Of a stretch of DNA of 64,000 bases, positions 1 through 15,912 are shown in pieces. Source of the DNA: Eledone cirrhosa. Taxonomy: Eukaryota. The position numbers and the translations under genes are program-made. The stretch lies in contig OZ024743.1 of NCBI GenBank assembly GCA_964016885.1, forward strand, positions 100,254,001 through 100,318,000, given 5' to 3'. Every line of letters starts with the position of its first letter. Position 1 is the stretch's first letter. The notes under the pieces are model-generated. The model was given only the letters and a program-made list of their open reading frames with translations, was not told the origin of the DNA and did no database searches.

Positions 1-1623
<1,623 letters not shown>

Positions 1624-1659
1624 AATAATACAGAAAGTTCGATAAGCTCGGGCGTCGTG

Positions 1660-1810
1660 TAAAATGTTTTGAGGTATTTTAGTTTTCTATGGTCTGAGTT
1701 CAATTCCTATCCAGATCAACTTTACCTTTCATCCTTCTGGGGTCGATAATATCTTGGCCCAGTCAAGTACAGAAGCCCATATAATCCACTTTCCTTTTCC
1801 CTCCCCAATA
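1660..1810 (+). mobile_element. Degenerate tRNA-derived SINE (Deu/Nin-like domain family)
   Basis: B-box-like TCTGAGTTCAATTCC, then CTTTCATCCTTCTGGGGTCGATAA, as in the better copies at 28221 and 31788. Confidence 0.7.
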
Positions 1811-1989
1811 AAATACAGAAATCGTTTATTATTTTTATATATTTCTGTATATAAAATATTTTATATATTTCTCGTACATTAAATATGTACCAGTAATATC
1901 CTGTTGGTCAAGTCAATCGGTTTGAGCTTTATAATTTGCTTGTTCCTGTTTGGTGGTTATTTATAGTATTTAGGCGTGTCCCATTACAT

Positions 1990-2100
1990 TCTGAGTTCAA
2001 ATCTTGGTGGAGGTGATTGACTTTGCCTTTGATCCTTTATCTCTGCGGGGAGAGGGATAAAATAAGTACCAGTTAAATGGTAGGGCTGATGTATTTAACT
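1990..2100 (+). mobile_element. Degenerate Deu/Nin-like SINE
   Basis: TTCTGAGTTCAAATC...GACTTTGCCTTTGATCC...GATAAAATAAGTACCAG. Confidence 0.65.
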
Positions 2101-2339
2101 GCCATTTCGCGTCCCTAAATGCTGTGATATTGTGGTTCTTTTGAAAAGTATTATTCATGCACAAACACACATGTATTAGTCTATGTTGTTGTTTAGTAGA
2201 AGTATTGTAAAAACAAACAAAAACATTTTTTTTTAACTGGAACATTTCTTTAATAAAATAATGAGTAACTATAAAATAATTAGAAAAATACTACAAATAT
2301 TTAAAAACGGAAAAGGCTCTTGGGCCACAGAAAAATGGA

Positions 2340-3040
2340 AGTGGGTGGTGATGGGCTCTGGGCCTAGGGCACGGCGGTGTTGAGCACAATGGCCAGCAAC
2401 ACCCGCTGCAACGGCCACCCCATCTTGCGGAGCTCCTTCCACAGATGGGCTGCTGATGTTCCAATCTTGTGGAGGGGCTCGGCACTATCTCCTTCAATCG
2501 GGAAGAAGGAAATTTCGTCATGGCGTTTGTTGTCTCTGCGAACGATGCTTGTTGGCTCCAGTTGTGAAGGAAAGACAGCTGTGTCCAGGCTCCTTCTCAA
2601 TATGTCGTTGAGAGTGGCATTTCAGGGGAACTAGCCTACGATGTGACGGCAAGATAGTGGGTGAAGGCCGAATTTGTCAATGACCACCCCACAACGGGGC
2701 ATTTATGTGGCTCACACATGCGGTGGTCGAGGCTTTGGGCTATTACGATTGGAGTGTCCCCATCATCCAGAAGGGTACCAGGTAGGCCAGTGGGACCAGA
2801 TCCGAAAGGGATCAGAGGCTGAGGCCACTGAACCTCACTGGGAGCTTCACTTGTTGCCTGCCGGCGCTGTAAAAACTGACATTGCAGATGAGTTCTTCAC
2901 AGTACCAGACAGTGGTGACGAGTTCACCGAGTAGATCTGCATAGGGGTGGAAAGGTGCACCGTGCAGCTGAACAGAAATTTTGGGAGGGCAAAGCAGTTC
3001 CTCAAGAGGGCAAGTTGGCACGATGACAAAATGTGTCCTA
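2340..3040 (-). mobile_element. CRE-clade (restriction-like endonuclease) non-LTR retrotransposon relic with internal deletions
   Basis: The minus strand reads LLRNCFALPKFLF, QVKLPVRFSGLSL, CEPHKC/CGVVIDKFGLHPLSC (zinc knuckle) and NATLNDILRRSLDTAVFPSQLEP..RRDNKRHD (decayed RPD motif). Stops and frameshifts are present. Confidence 0.75.
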
Positions 3041-3699
3041 TGTAATTTAAATAACAGCCAAGCTAAAAAAGTGAAAATTTGTCAAAGTCTATACCAAGCT
3101 TCAACATGTAATAAGTGTTAAGATTTAGTCACTTTAATATTTTTTAAAATTGATAAATATTGCTATTATCAAAAATTTCATTAGCCAAAAACAATGTGTT
3201 CTATATCTTTTATGACGGAGTTGCTAAGTAATGTCTATATGATGTTTAACTACAGGAATTCCTAACTAGTGTAGGAATATATAAAAACGGTATTATATAT
3301 TTTGTATACAATTTTTCAAGGCACCCTCACCAGAACTCTATTAATTTTTCAATCCAAAACATTACATTAAAGCCATAAAGAATCTGATGAAAGTTAACCC
3401 AGATTTAGTAGACTTAGAATCTAAGGTTTTCCAACCGTGACCATCCCGTTTTCTTTTTTGGTATTATCCAATGTCATTAGAGTGTAATTTGAAGATTTGG
3501 CTGTTATTTCCAGCAGGTTAAACAAATATGTAGAGGCACCCAGTTGTTGTTTAGCCTCATGTCAGTTCTGATTGAGAAAAGCTATGATCAAAGGCGTTCC
3601 TGTCATAACTGTCTCGGCTGCTATTGCATATCTAGAGACCCTTCATTGTTGATGCAACAGTTAGTACGAAATAAAATTAAAAACAAGTACCCATAAAAA

Positions 3700-4440
3700 T
3701 GTAACTATATTTGAGATCTATGTCACTTCCAGTCTTCTTTGGAGCACCTTTAATTAATGTCTCCTACAACCACCACCTATAACGACATCTTTCTGTTCAG
3801 TCATTCTGCTGTTATGGTTCCTGGCTAAAGCACCGTTGTTGGATTATTTTTTCCTTAAAAGTCCCAAACTAGGCTAGAAGCCACTTAGTGTAAGGGACTA
3901 TGAAAGAGAAATTAATTTACTTCAGACTTGAAAGAGTTCTGGCCATAAGAAGGAGGAAAACAATGAGATAGAAGACAGTTCCAAAGTCTGGCAGTTTGAG
4001 GGAAAAAGCTACAACTGTAGAAAGACAGCCTTATTCATAGAACCACAACAGTATCCAGATGAAGACACTGAGTTTGGAATTAGATGAGATGATACAAAGT
4101 GATCTGGAACCAAAAGAGAAAGTTCATCAGAGCTACTCCAGTGGTAATAATGGTAGAAAAAACTGACTGGTGACGTCAAGTCAATGTGACAAAGGTGGCA
4201 GAGTTGAAGCACGAGAGGAACCAATCAAATTAGAAAAACTCACTTCTGAACCATGTCAAGGAGATAAGTAACAAGATGGTGCACTTGTCCAAATATACCA
4301 ACAGTATTCCATACAGGGACAAATTATGGACTTGTAAAGATACAAAATGGCCTCGGATGTGAGGTAGTCCTTTGACCTATACAATGACCCAACCTTATGG
4401 GAAGCTGGCTAATTGATTGTATGTATCAGGATTAATCAAG
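3700..4440 (-). mobile_element. CR1/L2-group LINE 3' fragment (decayed)
   Basis: The minus strand reads KVGSLYRSKDYLTSEAILYLYKSIICPCMEYC, FFYHYYH..SDELSLLVP and SFFPQTARLWNCL..CFP, typical of a CR1-group ORF2 C-terminus. Confidence 0.75.
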
Positions 4441-5142
4441 TTCACTTAGAACAAGAATTCCAAACCTTTTCACTATCAAGAACCCGATTTATTTAAATAT
4501 ATTCTCCCACAGACCCCACACTTATGAGAGGTCTGTCTTTTCAACAGACACCCGGGGATCCATGGACTATACTTTGGGAACCACTGATATTAACATCAAA
4601 TTACTCAACAAGGAATCCTCTTCATAGTTGTTTGATCTGCTTGAAATAGCAGCCAAATCTTTCAAATCCCACCCCATATATTATAATTCCATTCACATCT
4701 GAAGTGAAATATAGAAACATAAATTGACAACTGGTACTTTATTTTATTCACTTTAGAATGATGGAAGATAAAGGATGTAAAGGGTAACTTAATACCACTA
4801 AACATTTTCTGCAATGCTTTAATGGTTCTGCCATTTACTAACTTTGTCCTAAAAAAGACAAGGACAATAAATAATGTGGTCCTAGATACCCTCTTCCACT
4901 CACTACTTCCCAAATCCTATTCATACAACATAGAACACAGAAAGAATACTTTTCCAGGACCATACAAAGACCTGACCATAACACTGTAAGTTATTTTAAG
5001 AGTGTCCTCTCTAAACTTGGAATCCTTAGCATTCTAGAGCCAGTAGGACTTGACCATGTTGATGGGGGCAGTCGCCAGTCAGTTTGACACCCTTTCCATG
5101 GAGACAGGAGAAATGTCTTATTTAAGACAGAATACTCATTAA

Positions 5143-5215
5143 TGTTCTATGGTGTAGTGATTATCACATCTGCTTAACACGCAGAAGGTCGTGAGTTCTA
5201 GACTTACTGGAACCT
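5143..5215 (+). tRNA. tRNA-Val-like gene, anticodon AAC, probably a pseudogene
   Basis: Cloverleaf: acceptor TGTTCTA/TGGAACC, anticodon arm TCTGC-TTAACAC-GCAGA, T arm GTGAG-TTCTAGA-CTTAC. Defects are a 1:72 mismatch, D-loop GG changed to GA, and T at position 57. Confidence 0.75.
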
Positions 5216-5495
5216 ATCTTAATAACTAGTCCTACCCATGCTAGCGTGGATGATTGTGTGCAGTCTCAAGTGTTGGAATGTACTATGGATCTGGGTGTCA
5301 CCACAACTCAATCATTACAGACTGCAACCAGTGGTAATTGAGATTAATGGGAGCTGTGATACCTCTCTACTTCCATCTCTGAACTAGGACTGAAGTTATC
5401 AAAGGCACTAGTCAATCCCTTGCTGTTTCCATCAAAGGATCTCAAATGTTCTCATGTGGGGCAATTTAGCTATTGTCCTTTCCTGTTCTACTGCC

Positions 5496-5706
5496 TTAAC
5501 CCTTTACCATTTACATTACTCTATATTTACTGTTGTATTTTTACAGTAAGGCTTTACCTCACATAATATTGAATCTATGAGATTTTGATATTATTTATTT
5601 TGAGGACAATACCTTAACATAAGTAGGGGCAGCCGGTTACAACTGGTTTGAACAGAAAGAGGTCAGAAAATTCTGGTAGGATGCGGCCTGTTTAAATGCT
5701 AAAGGG
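5496..5706. mobile_element. piggyBac-type MITE (family A)
   Basis: TTAA-CCCTTTACCATTTA ... TAAATGCTAAAGGG. Same family as 49698-49899. Confidence 0.75.
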
Positions 5707-6229
5707 AACCCTTTCATTACCATATTTCTAATGGAATTTGCTACCTGTGTTTCAATTAATTTAGAAAATAATCCAAAAGTTAGAATAATTTTGTAAATAA
5801 CCCTTTTATTAGTAAACTGATGTTTAGAACATTACTTAACAAAAATGTCTTAAATAAAATTTATAATAGAAAGTTATGATATAATTATGGACATGTTAAA
5901 ATGGACAGTTTTGTATCAATACCAGGGGCAAGTTGTGGGAAATCTCTTCTACTAGAAAACGGAGACTGTTGGCATGAAGTTGTGCTTGCTGTCATGTGCA
6001 AGGGTGATGATGGATAAGACACAAGAACCTTTTCATTGTTATATTTCTCATGGAAGACACTAACTTTCAAATGATTTTGAAAATAGCTAAGAATTTGGGT
6101 GGAATTAGTGAAATAAAACACTGTCATTTTAAGCTAGTGATTGGAACACAGCTGGACAAAGATTCTTGCATAAGGTTTTTAGATGAATATAAATGCTTTA
6201 AAATATACAGCTTAAAATTATAGAACCAT

Positions 6230-6740
6230 GGTTGGTTTCAGGTAGTTTTGTGATCAACAAGAAGAGCATCAGTGATATAAACCTTTGCCAATCGCATGAA
6301 GGATCCATAGAAATGGCTAATAGCTTCTGCTATCTAGGTTACCTATTTAGCAGTGGAGGAGGATGCTATGAGAGCTTAATAGCTAGAATAAGGATAGGAT
6401 GGAACACGTTTAGAGAGTTACAATAACTAGGATAAGGATAGGATGGAACACATTTAGAGAGCTACTCCCACTGTTGACAACAAAAGGTTTCTCCCTACAT
6501 ACAAAAGGACAGCTGTATGATGCCTGTGTGTGAAGTGCAATGCTGCATGGTAGTGAAACATGAGCAGTGGCTGCAGAAGACATGCATAGACTGGAGAAAA
6601 ATGAAGCTACCATGCTTCATTGGATGTGCAATGTGAGAGAAAGTCAGAGCTTGGGTGAATTGAGGCACAAACTGGGTTTAACATGAATCTGAAGTGGTGT
6701 GCAAGAGAGAAGACTGCCTTGGTATGGACATGTCAAGTGT
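6230..6740 (+). mobile_element. Decayed RTE LINE fragment (post-RT region)
   Basis: GSIEMANSFCYLG..SSGGGC..ARIRIGW..FREL matches the C-terminus of the 34766 ORF. It has stops and a ~43-bp internal tandem duplication. Confidence 0.85.
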
Positions 6741-8490
6741 AATTCATTTTGAAACAAACATCAAGAATTTTGAGATTTAGTAATATAATGGATTTTTTCA
6801 TTATTAAGCTAGTGTTTTGAACATAATTTAATAAAGGTTCTTACATGTACAATAAAATGGAATGTTTTTAGATCAATATAACCACTTTAAAACAAGCAAT
6901 TTTGTGTCATTGATTCAGGGATAATTTCAGGTGATTTAGTATGAAACAGGCTCTTCTTCTTCACCCTCTTATTCGTGGGGGCAGAGTCCTCAAACACTGC
7001 CTCCAACAGGTCCTGTCAGAAGCAGCAGTCTCCAACTGATCTGACTGGATCCCCAAGCATGACCATCCAAGCTCATGGATGTTATCCAACCATCTTGCTC
7101 AGGGTCTACCCCTGGGTCTCCTACCTGTTGGTTTCGCCCATAAAATCTGTCCAGTGATTCTTTCCTGAAACATTCTAACCACTTGCTCATTGTATCAGAG
7201 CTGTGATATCTCAATTCGAAAAAGTAGTGGCTCTACCTGGAGTGACAGGTTAAACATCAAAATTTAATGGAAATGTTTAATTTAAAAAAAATTGTTTTAT
7301 AGAAATTTAATTACTGTTCTCAATGTACAACATGTTTTAAACTTGAATAAAAGATGGAAGTCTCACCAACGATATGACAACCTTTTAGTCTTGGTGTTAT
7401 GATAAAATGCTCCTAGTACACTCTCTGAAGTTACTGATGTTAGAAAGAGCATTCATTTGTAGTAAATCGTGCCAAAACATGTGTGTGAGATGTGGTTCTC
7501 CAACCCAGGGAAGCATGCAGTAACTTCATCGAACTGTAAAAACCCATGCTAGTATGAATATCAGATGTAATATGATGATGATGATTGTTTGTGGTCCAGT
7601 GGCTGTGGGTTACTGCTGAGAATTTTTAATTGCCTACCTCCACGGCACATGTCTACTGAAGCAGAACTGTGTGAGCTTGAAGTGGGTTTAATCAACACCA
7701 ACAATCTCAATGTTGTCTTGATTTCTATAAAAAAAATTGTTTCTTAGCTGGAGACTAACTCTGTACTCCACATGGCCATTTGTTCAGATCTTAATTCTGT
7801 TATTGTGCTATGCCTCTGAGTAATACATTTTTATACTATTTACCTCCAATATGCTTGACTGAACACAAAAACAAATTCTACTACTTACCTCAAGGTTGAG
7901 TGATTAGCTATAATGAGAAAACTATTTTTTTTTATTATTTAATTATGAAATGATAAACTACACCACACCTTCTAAATTCATAGAGCTCATATGTTCTCGC
8001 ACCACAATAAGTTTGTAAGTTCATTATAGTTTCACTGGTAGCCTCTTTTATACAGTAATTAGACATAAGGGATGGGAAGATTCTTCAGTTGTGTTAAAGA
8101 CATAAAAACCTTCCCTAGTGTTGGTGATCTACACAATGAAAACCCCCAATAGACTCTGTGAAGTGGCAATAGGAAGGTCATCCAACCATAGAAAACCTGA
8201 CAAACAGTGGACTGTTCTCTGTGGCAATGCTTTTGCTATATTGTTTACAGGACACAGCTGTGATGTACTGTCCAGCTAAGACTGTAGAGTTTCTCCCTTT
8301 TTCTCTCCTCCTTATTTTATATATTTTTCTTTCTTCATAAATATATACAAGAGGATGTGTAATTTTGAATCAATAAAATATTGTGTATTCCTAAAAATAC
8401 CACCTCTTTGTAATAACTTAACTATCGGTGGGACTCCTGTAAGGTGGAGAATTTGAACTCAGAACACAAACAACTGGAACAGGTACAATA

Positions 8491-8676
8491 CACGGGTCAG
8501 CTGAAAGTTCGTAAGCTGACCAAGATACTCTCATAGAATGACCAAATGAGGTTTATTTTTTCCTGGAAACAAACAATGCAGTTATTAATAAAATGAGTTG
8601 AATTAATGCATACAAGATTTCACAGCACTAGCATCATTCCTTCATAGTCAGCCTATGAACTTTTCCCCTACCCTCA
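8491..8676. mobile_element. Mariner-type MITE
   Basis: Imperfect TIRs (CACGGGTCAGCTGAAAGTTCGTAAGCTGAC / GTCAGCCTATGAACTTTTCCCCTACCCTCA) flanked by TA. Confidence 0.55.
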
Positions 8677-9380
8677 TAAGTCATCCTGTCTGATGCTCTA
8701 ACAGTTCTACCAATCCACTGCAATAGACTTGTATTTTATGTAACAATCCTGAGAGAGTGAAGGCCTGTGTTGACTTCAGTGGCAGATAAACTCCCAGAAG
8801 AGATCTAGAAATGCCACAAGACATTTTATTCAACACTTTAACCATTTTAATATCAACTACCCCTGGTTCTATGATACACAATTGTTTGTTTTGAAATAAT
8901 TATATATTTCTAAAAACTCCAAACATCCAACTTAATGAGGAAGTTGCTTATATTAATAAATCCCTCCAAAGTCTTGATTATTTTTTAATTATTTGAAATT
9001 TGTATGAAATGTTTTTCATTAGAAATATGGTAACAAAAGGATTAATATTTTAGTAGTTAACTAAAGATTTAGAAATATAGTAATGGAAAAGCTAATGATT
9101 CTGATATTTTGCCCCTTTAATTAGAATCTAATTAAATAAAATAAGAAAAGTTCCAAAATGTGAAAAAAAACATGTTTTATGTTCTTGACACTGTTTGGGG
9201 TTTGAAAACTTGTAAATAGGAAACCTTGTTATTCTTTTATTCTTTTATTAGTATCAGTCATTAGACTGCAGCTCCAGCCATCTCTTACTCAATCATATAA
9301 GGTTTGTACATTGGAAATACAAACCCATTACTCAGAGTGCACACACATGTTAAGCAGTAAAAATTAACTTCTTCCATTCA

Positions 9381-9767
9381 AAAACCATATTTATTCTCTT
9401 ACACATGTTTCGAAAGAAATGTACATCCAATTTTTTGAAATGTTGGGAAACATTTTGGACAATCTGTGTCTATATATAGACATAGGTATATAGCCATCAA
9501 TGAAAAGTTAGTAAGATATCAACATAGGTACCAACTGGAAAAGCTCTTAAAATTTTCTTGAAAAGTTACTCTGTACTAATGATGCCTGTTTTAGGTCAAT
9601 CATTCCTGCCAATTAACATTTGCATTCATTTAAAAACTTTTATCATCGTCTCTCCAAGGAGAAGAAATGTGCATTGATGGCTATTGTGTGAAATGTTGCC
9701 CAGCATTTAAAAAACTTGGATGCACATCTCTTTAGAAACATGTGTAAGAGAATGAATATGGTTTTTC
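9381..9767. repeat. Fold-back inverted repeat, PLE-terminal-repeat-like, with a decayed hammerhead-like motif
   Basis: 9381-9503 is an imperfect reverse complement of 9672-9767. The right arm ends GAAACATGTG-TA-AGAGA-ATGAATATGGTTTT. Confidence 0.7.
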
Positions 9768-9999
9768 CATTGATACTCTTGTTTATATCTGCTCTGTGTT
9801 TATGTCTACACCTCCAAATCTTCCACACTATCAACTTTTTTCTCTTCAAACCTTTATATATTATATAAACACATTGAACTATTCCTTTAAAGATGTGGCA
9901 ATTACATACTATCATTATAATTCTCTACTCTCCTTCAAGAATGAATTGTTTATAGTTCTACCTTTGCTCTATCTCTCTTTCTCTCTATATATATATGAG

Positions 10000-12894
<2,895 letters not shown>

Positions 12895-13220
12895 CATCGT
12901 CATCATCATTTTACGTTCACTTTTACCTGCTTGCAAGGGTGGGACGGGAGCTGATTCTGGCTTGATTTCTACAGCTGGATGCCCTTCCTAACACCAACCT
13001 CATTTACAGTGAGTGCTGGGTGCATTTTTTCAGTGGCACCTCCACGACCACTTTACAGTGGAATGATAGGGACCCCAGTCCTATCATCTCATTTCTGCAG
13101 CTGAGTAAACTGGAACAATGTGAAATAAAGTGTCTTGCTCAAGGAAATAAACATCACCCGGTCTGAGAATTGAACTCACAACTTTTCAATTGCAAGCCCA
13201 ATGCTCTAACCACTAAGCCA
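12895..13220 (-). mobile_element. tRNA-derived CORE-like SINE with RTE-derived tail
   Basis: Minus strand: A-box TGGCTTAGTGG, B-box GAGTTCAATTC, CCTTGAGCAAGACACTT core, RTE-type 3' tail, (GAT)n. Confidence 0.85.
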
Positions 13221-13344
13221 TATATATACATACTAGCTGGCCCACCCGGCTACCATTGGTGTGTTCTACGGCATCCAGATGTATATATATATAGCTGACG
13301 TACCTAGCTACACTTGGATAAACAGACGATAAGCCGTGTGTGTT

Positions 13345-13545
13345 GTATAGTATTACTGTTGAAAATATATAGTATAGTATAGTATTACTGTTGAAAATAT
13401 ATAGTGTAGTTTAGTATGACTGTTGAAAATATATAGTATAGTATAGTATGACTGTTGAAAACATAGTATAGTATAGTATTACTGTTGAAAATATATAGTA
13501 TGACTGTTGAATACGTATAGTATAGTATTACTGTTGAAAATATGT
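13345..13545. repeat. Minisatellite, ~25-37-bp unit (GTATAGTATTACTGTTGAAAATATATA), ~6 copies
   Basis: Directly visible tandem units. Confidence 0.9.
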
Positions 13546-13840
13546 ACACGAATATATAATTATATATATATATATATATAATTAATTAAAAGTTGGTTAG
13601 AAGCGAAGTCAATGCAGACAGGTAGACATACAGACAGATATTATAAGGGCACAACGTTATAGCTATGTATCTATCTAAAAAGACAGACTGAGAAAGAGAG
13701 AGGAATGTTGTATTATATATATTATATATAATAAAGTACCAGTAATGTACTGAAATAATTGCTGGCCTTGTGCCAAAAGTAGAAACAATTATACTTCTTT
13801 TTTATACAACTGTAAATAACATGTTTATGTATGTGTATCA

Positions 13841-15013
13841 TCATAATCTATAAAGCTCAGTGTGTGGTCATGCTCCTTCGTTATAGAAATCTACGATTTA
13901 GAATTTCTTCAATTGAAATTTACAATTCAGTATTCGAAATAGTTTCGATTGCGTCTTGACACAGATAATTTTTTCAATTTCACCCACAATTACGCAAAAA
14001 ATAGATAAAACTCAATATTTTACGATTTTTCCTCTCTCATTTAAACTGCTGAACTCTTTCCACTACCATTCAAAATCTATACAACTTCATACTTTCTGCT
14101 ACTTTCTCTTTCCAAGCTTGATGGTGATACTGTCCGTTCACACCACTCCCTACTGTCTTAAATTTAGAAAACACATATCCTCTATGAGGTTACTAAACCT
14201 GCTAGAAACAGCAGCTAACTCTCCCCCATATCACACCACTCCCTACTGTCTTAAATTTAGAAAACACATATCCTCTATGAGGTTACTAAACCTGCTAGAA
14301 ACAGCAGCTAACTCTCCCCCATATCACACCCCTCCCTACTGTCTTAAATTTAGAAAACATATCTTCTATGAGGTCACTAAACCTGCTAGAAACAGCAGCT
14401 AACTCTCCCCCATATCACACCCCTCCCTACTGTCTTAAATTTAGAAAACATATCTTCTATGAGGTCACTAAACCTGCTAGAAACAGCAGCTAACTCTCCC
14501 CCATATCACACCCCTCCCTACTGTCTTAAATTTAGAAAACATATCTTCTATGAGGTCACTAAACCTGCTAGAAACAGCAGCTAACTCTCCCCCATATCAC
14601 ACCACTCCCTACTGTCTTAAATTTAGAAAACACATATCCTCTATGAGGTCACTAAACCTGCTAGAAACAACAGCTAACTCTCCCTCATATCACAACCCTC
14701 CCTACTGTCTTAAATTTAGAAAACACACAGACAACCATGCAGAACAACTCCATCGCAGCTCTGTTGTTCGGCTGGCATCGTCTACGCGCGTGTTGCGCAA
14801 GTACTGTGAAACAATAAATTTCAACACTTTTTTGCACAGAGATAATATCCATAGGCGAAACTACAATTGTCACTGCTGGCGCAGCTCATGCTTCCAGGTC
14901 TGCAATTCATTCACCCAGTGCCTGGCAGACAAAAAAGTGCTGCCATAAAATGGGTGGTGCAACCTAACTTTGGTAACTTAATGACCCTGAGCAACGCCGG
15001 GCTTTAATGCTAG
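13841..15013 (+). mobile_element. Non-autonomous Helitron
   Basis: A|TC start followed by TCTATAAAG. The 3' hairpin CCCTGAGCAACGCCGGG is followed by CTAG|T. Confidence 0.7.
14138..14727. repeat. Tandem repeat, 91-93-bp unit, ~6.4 copies
   Basis: Unit TCACACCACTCCCTACTGTCTTAAATTTAGAAAACACATATCCTCTATGAGGTTACTAAACCTGCTAGAAACAGCAGCTAACTCTCCCCCATA. Confidence 0.97.
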
Positions 15014-15912
15014 TATACATATAAAGGAATAAAATGTAAAAATTAAACTGTCTCTTATTTATGATACTAACACTATATATATACACACACACTATATATA
15101 TATATACACACACTATATATATATATATACGCACACTATATATATATATATACGCACACTATATATATAAACGGAAAAAATGAAACAAAATTTCATTTCT
15201 CACTCTTAGTACGGCTGTTACTTAAATATAAGGAAGGTATATGTTGCTGACGATAGCTAATAAGCTTGAAACTAGTTCCTTTGTCAGTGTTGAACAAATG
15301 AGCAACGATGGTTGCTAGACACTGTACGGCTTAATATGGGATGTTTGTTTACAAACACACCGAGCATTATAATAAATGTTCGGTGAATCCATACGTACAT
15401 ATATATATGTGTGCATGTATGTATATATATATACATACTACTGTACGTCTGTATACATATATGTATGTACGTATACATACTTATATATGTATATATACAC
15501 ACTATATATATATATACATATACACACACACACAGATAGCGAAGCTATCTTCTGGTTTTCAGAATGCAGACAGCCAGACATACAGACAGATATTATAAGG
15601 GTGCAACATTATAGCTATGTATCTATCTAAAAAGACAGACTAAGAAAGAGAGAGATCGCTAACCGGAAGTGTTGACATCTGAAAATTTTAAAGAAGTGAA
15701 TATTTAAATAAACAATAAAATATCTTTAATCTTTTAACTAAATTTAGTAGTCAAAAATACCCTCACTTTCTGACTTGGAAAAAGTTACATCTATGATGTA
15801 AATTTGGTGCTGTTTGGTCCAGCCGTTTGGCAAAAAGTTTGTTACATATATACGGCCGTCAGCTTTATAATATAGATATATATACGTATATATATATATA
15901 TATATATATATG

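Larger units (their letters stand above)
13233..15876 (-). mobile_element. Composite non-autonomous Helitron(s) with nested insertions
   Basis: Minus-strand 5' end TCTATATTATAAAGC at 15876 and 3' end GC-rich stretch plus CTAG at 13233. 15655-15720 is the reverse complement of part of the 47513 Helitron. A ~90-bp segment is duplicated at ~13612 and ~15563. Confidence 0.6.

Noticed and set aside
14138-14727. CRISPR array or repetitive protein (ORFs at 13956 and 14550)
   Set aside because: Whole units repeat with no unique spacers, and the 91-bp units break the reading frame.
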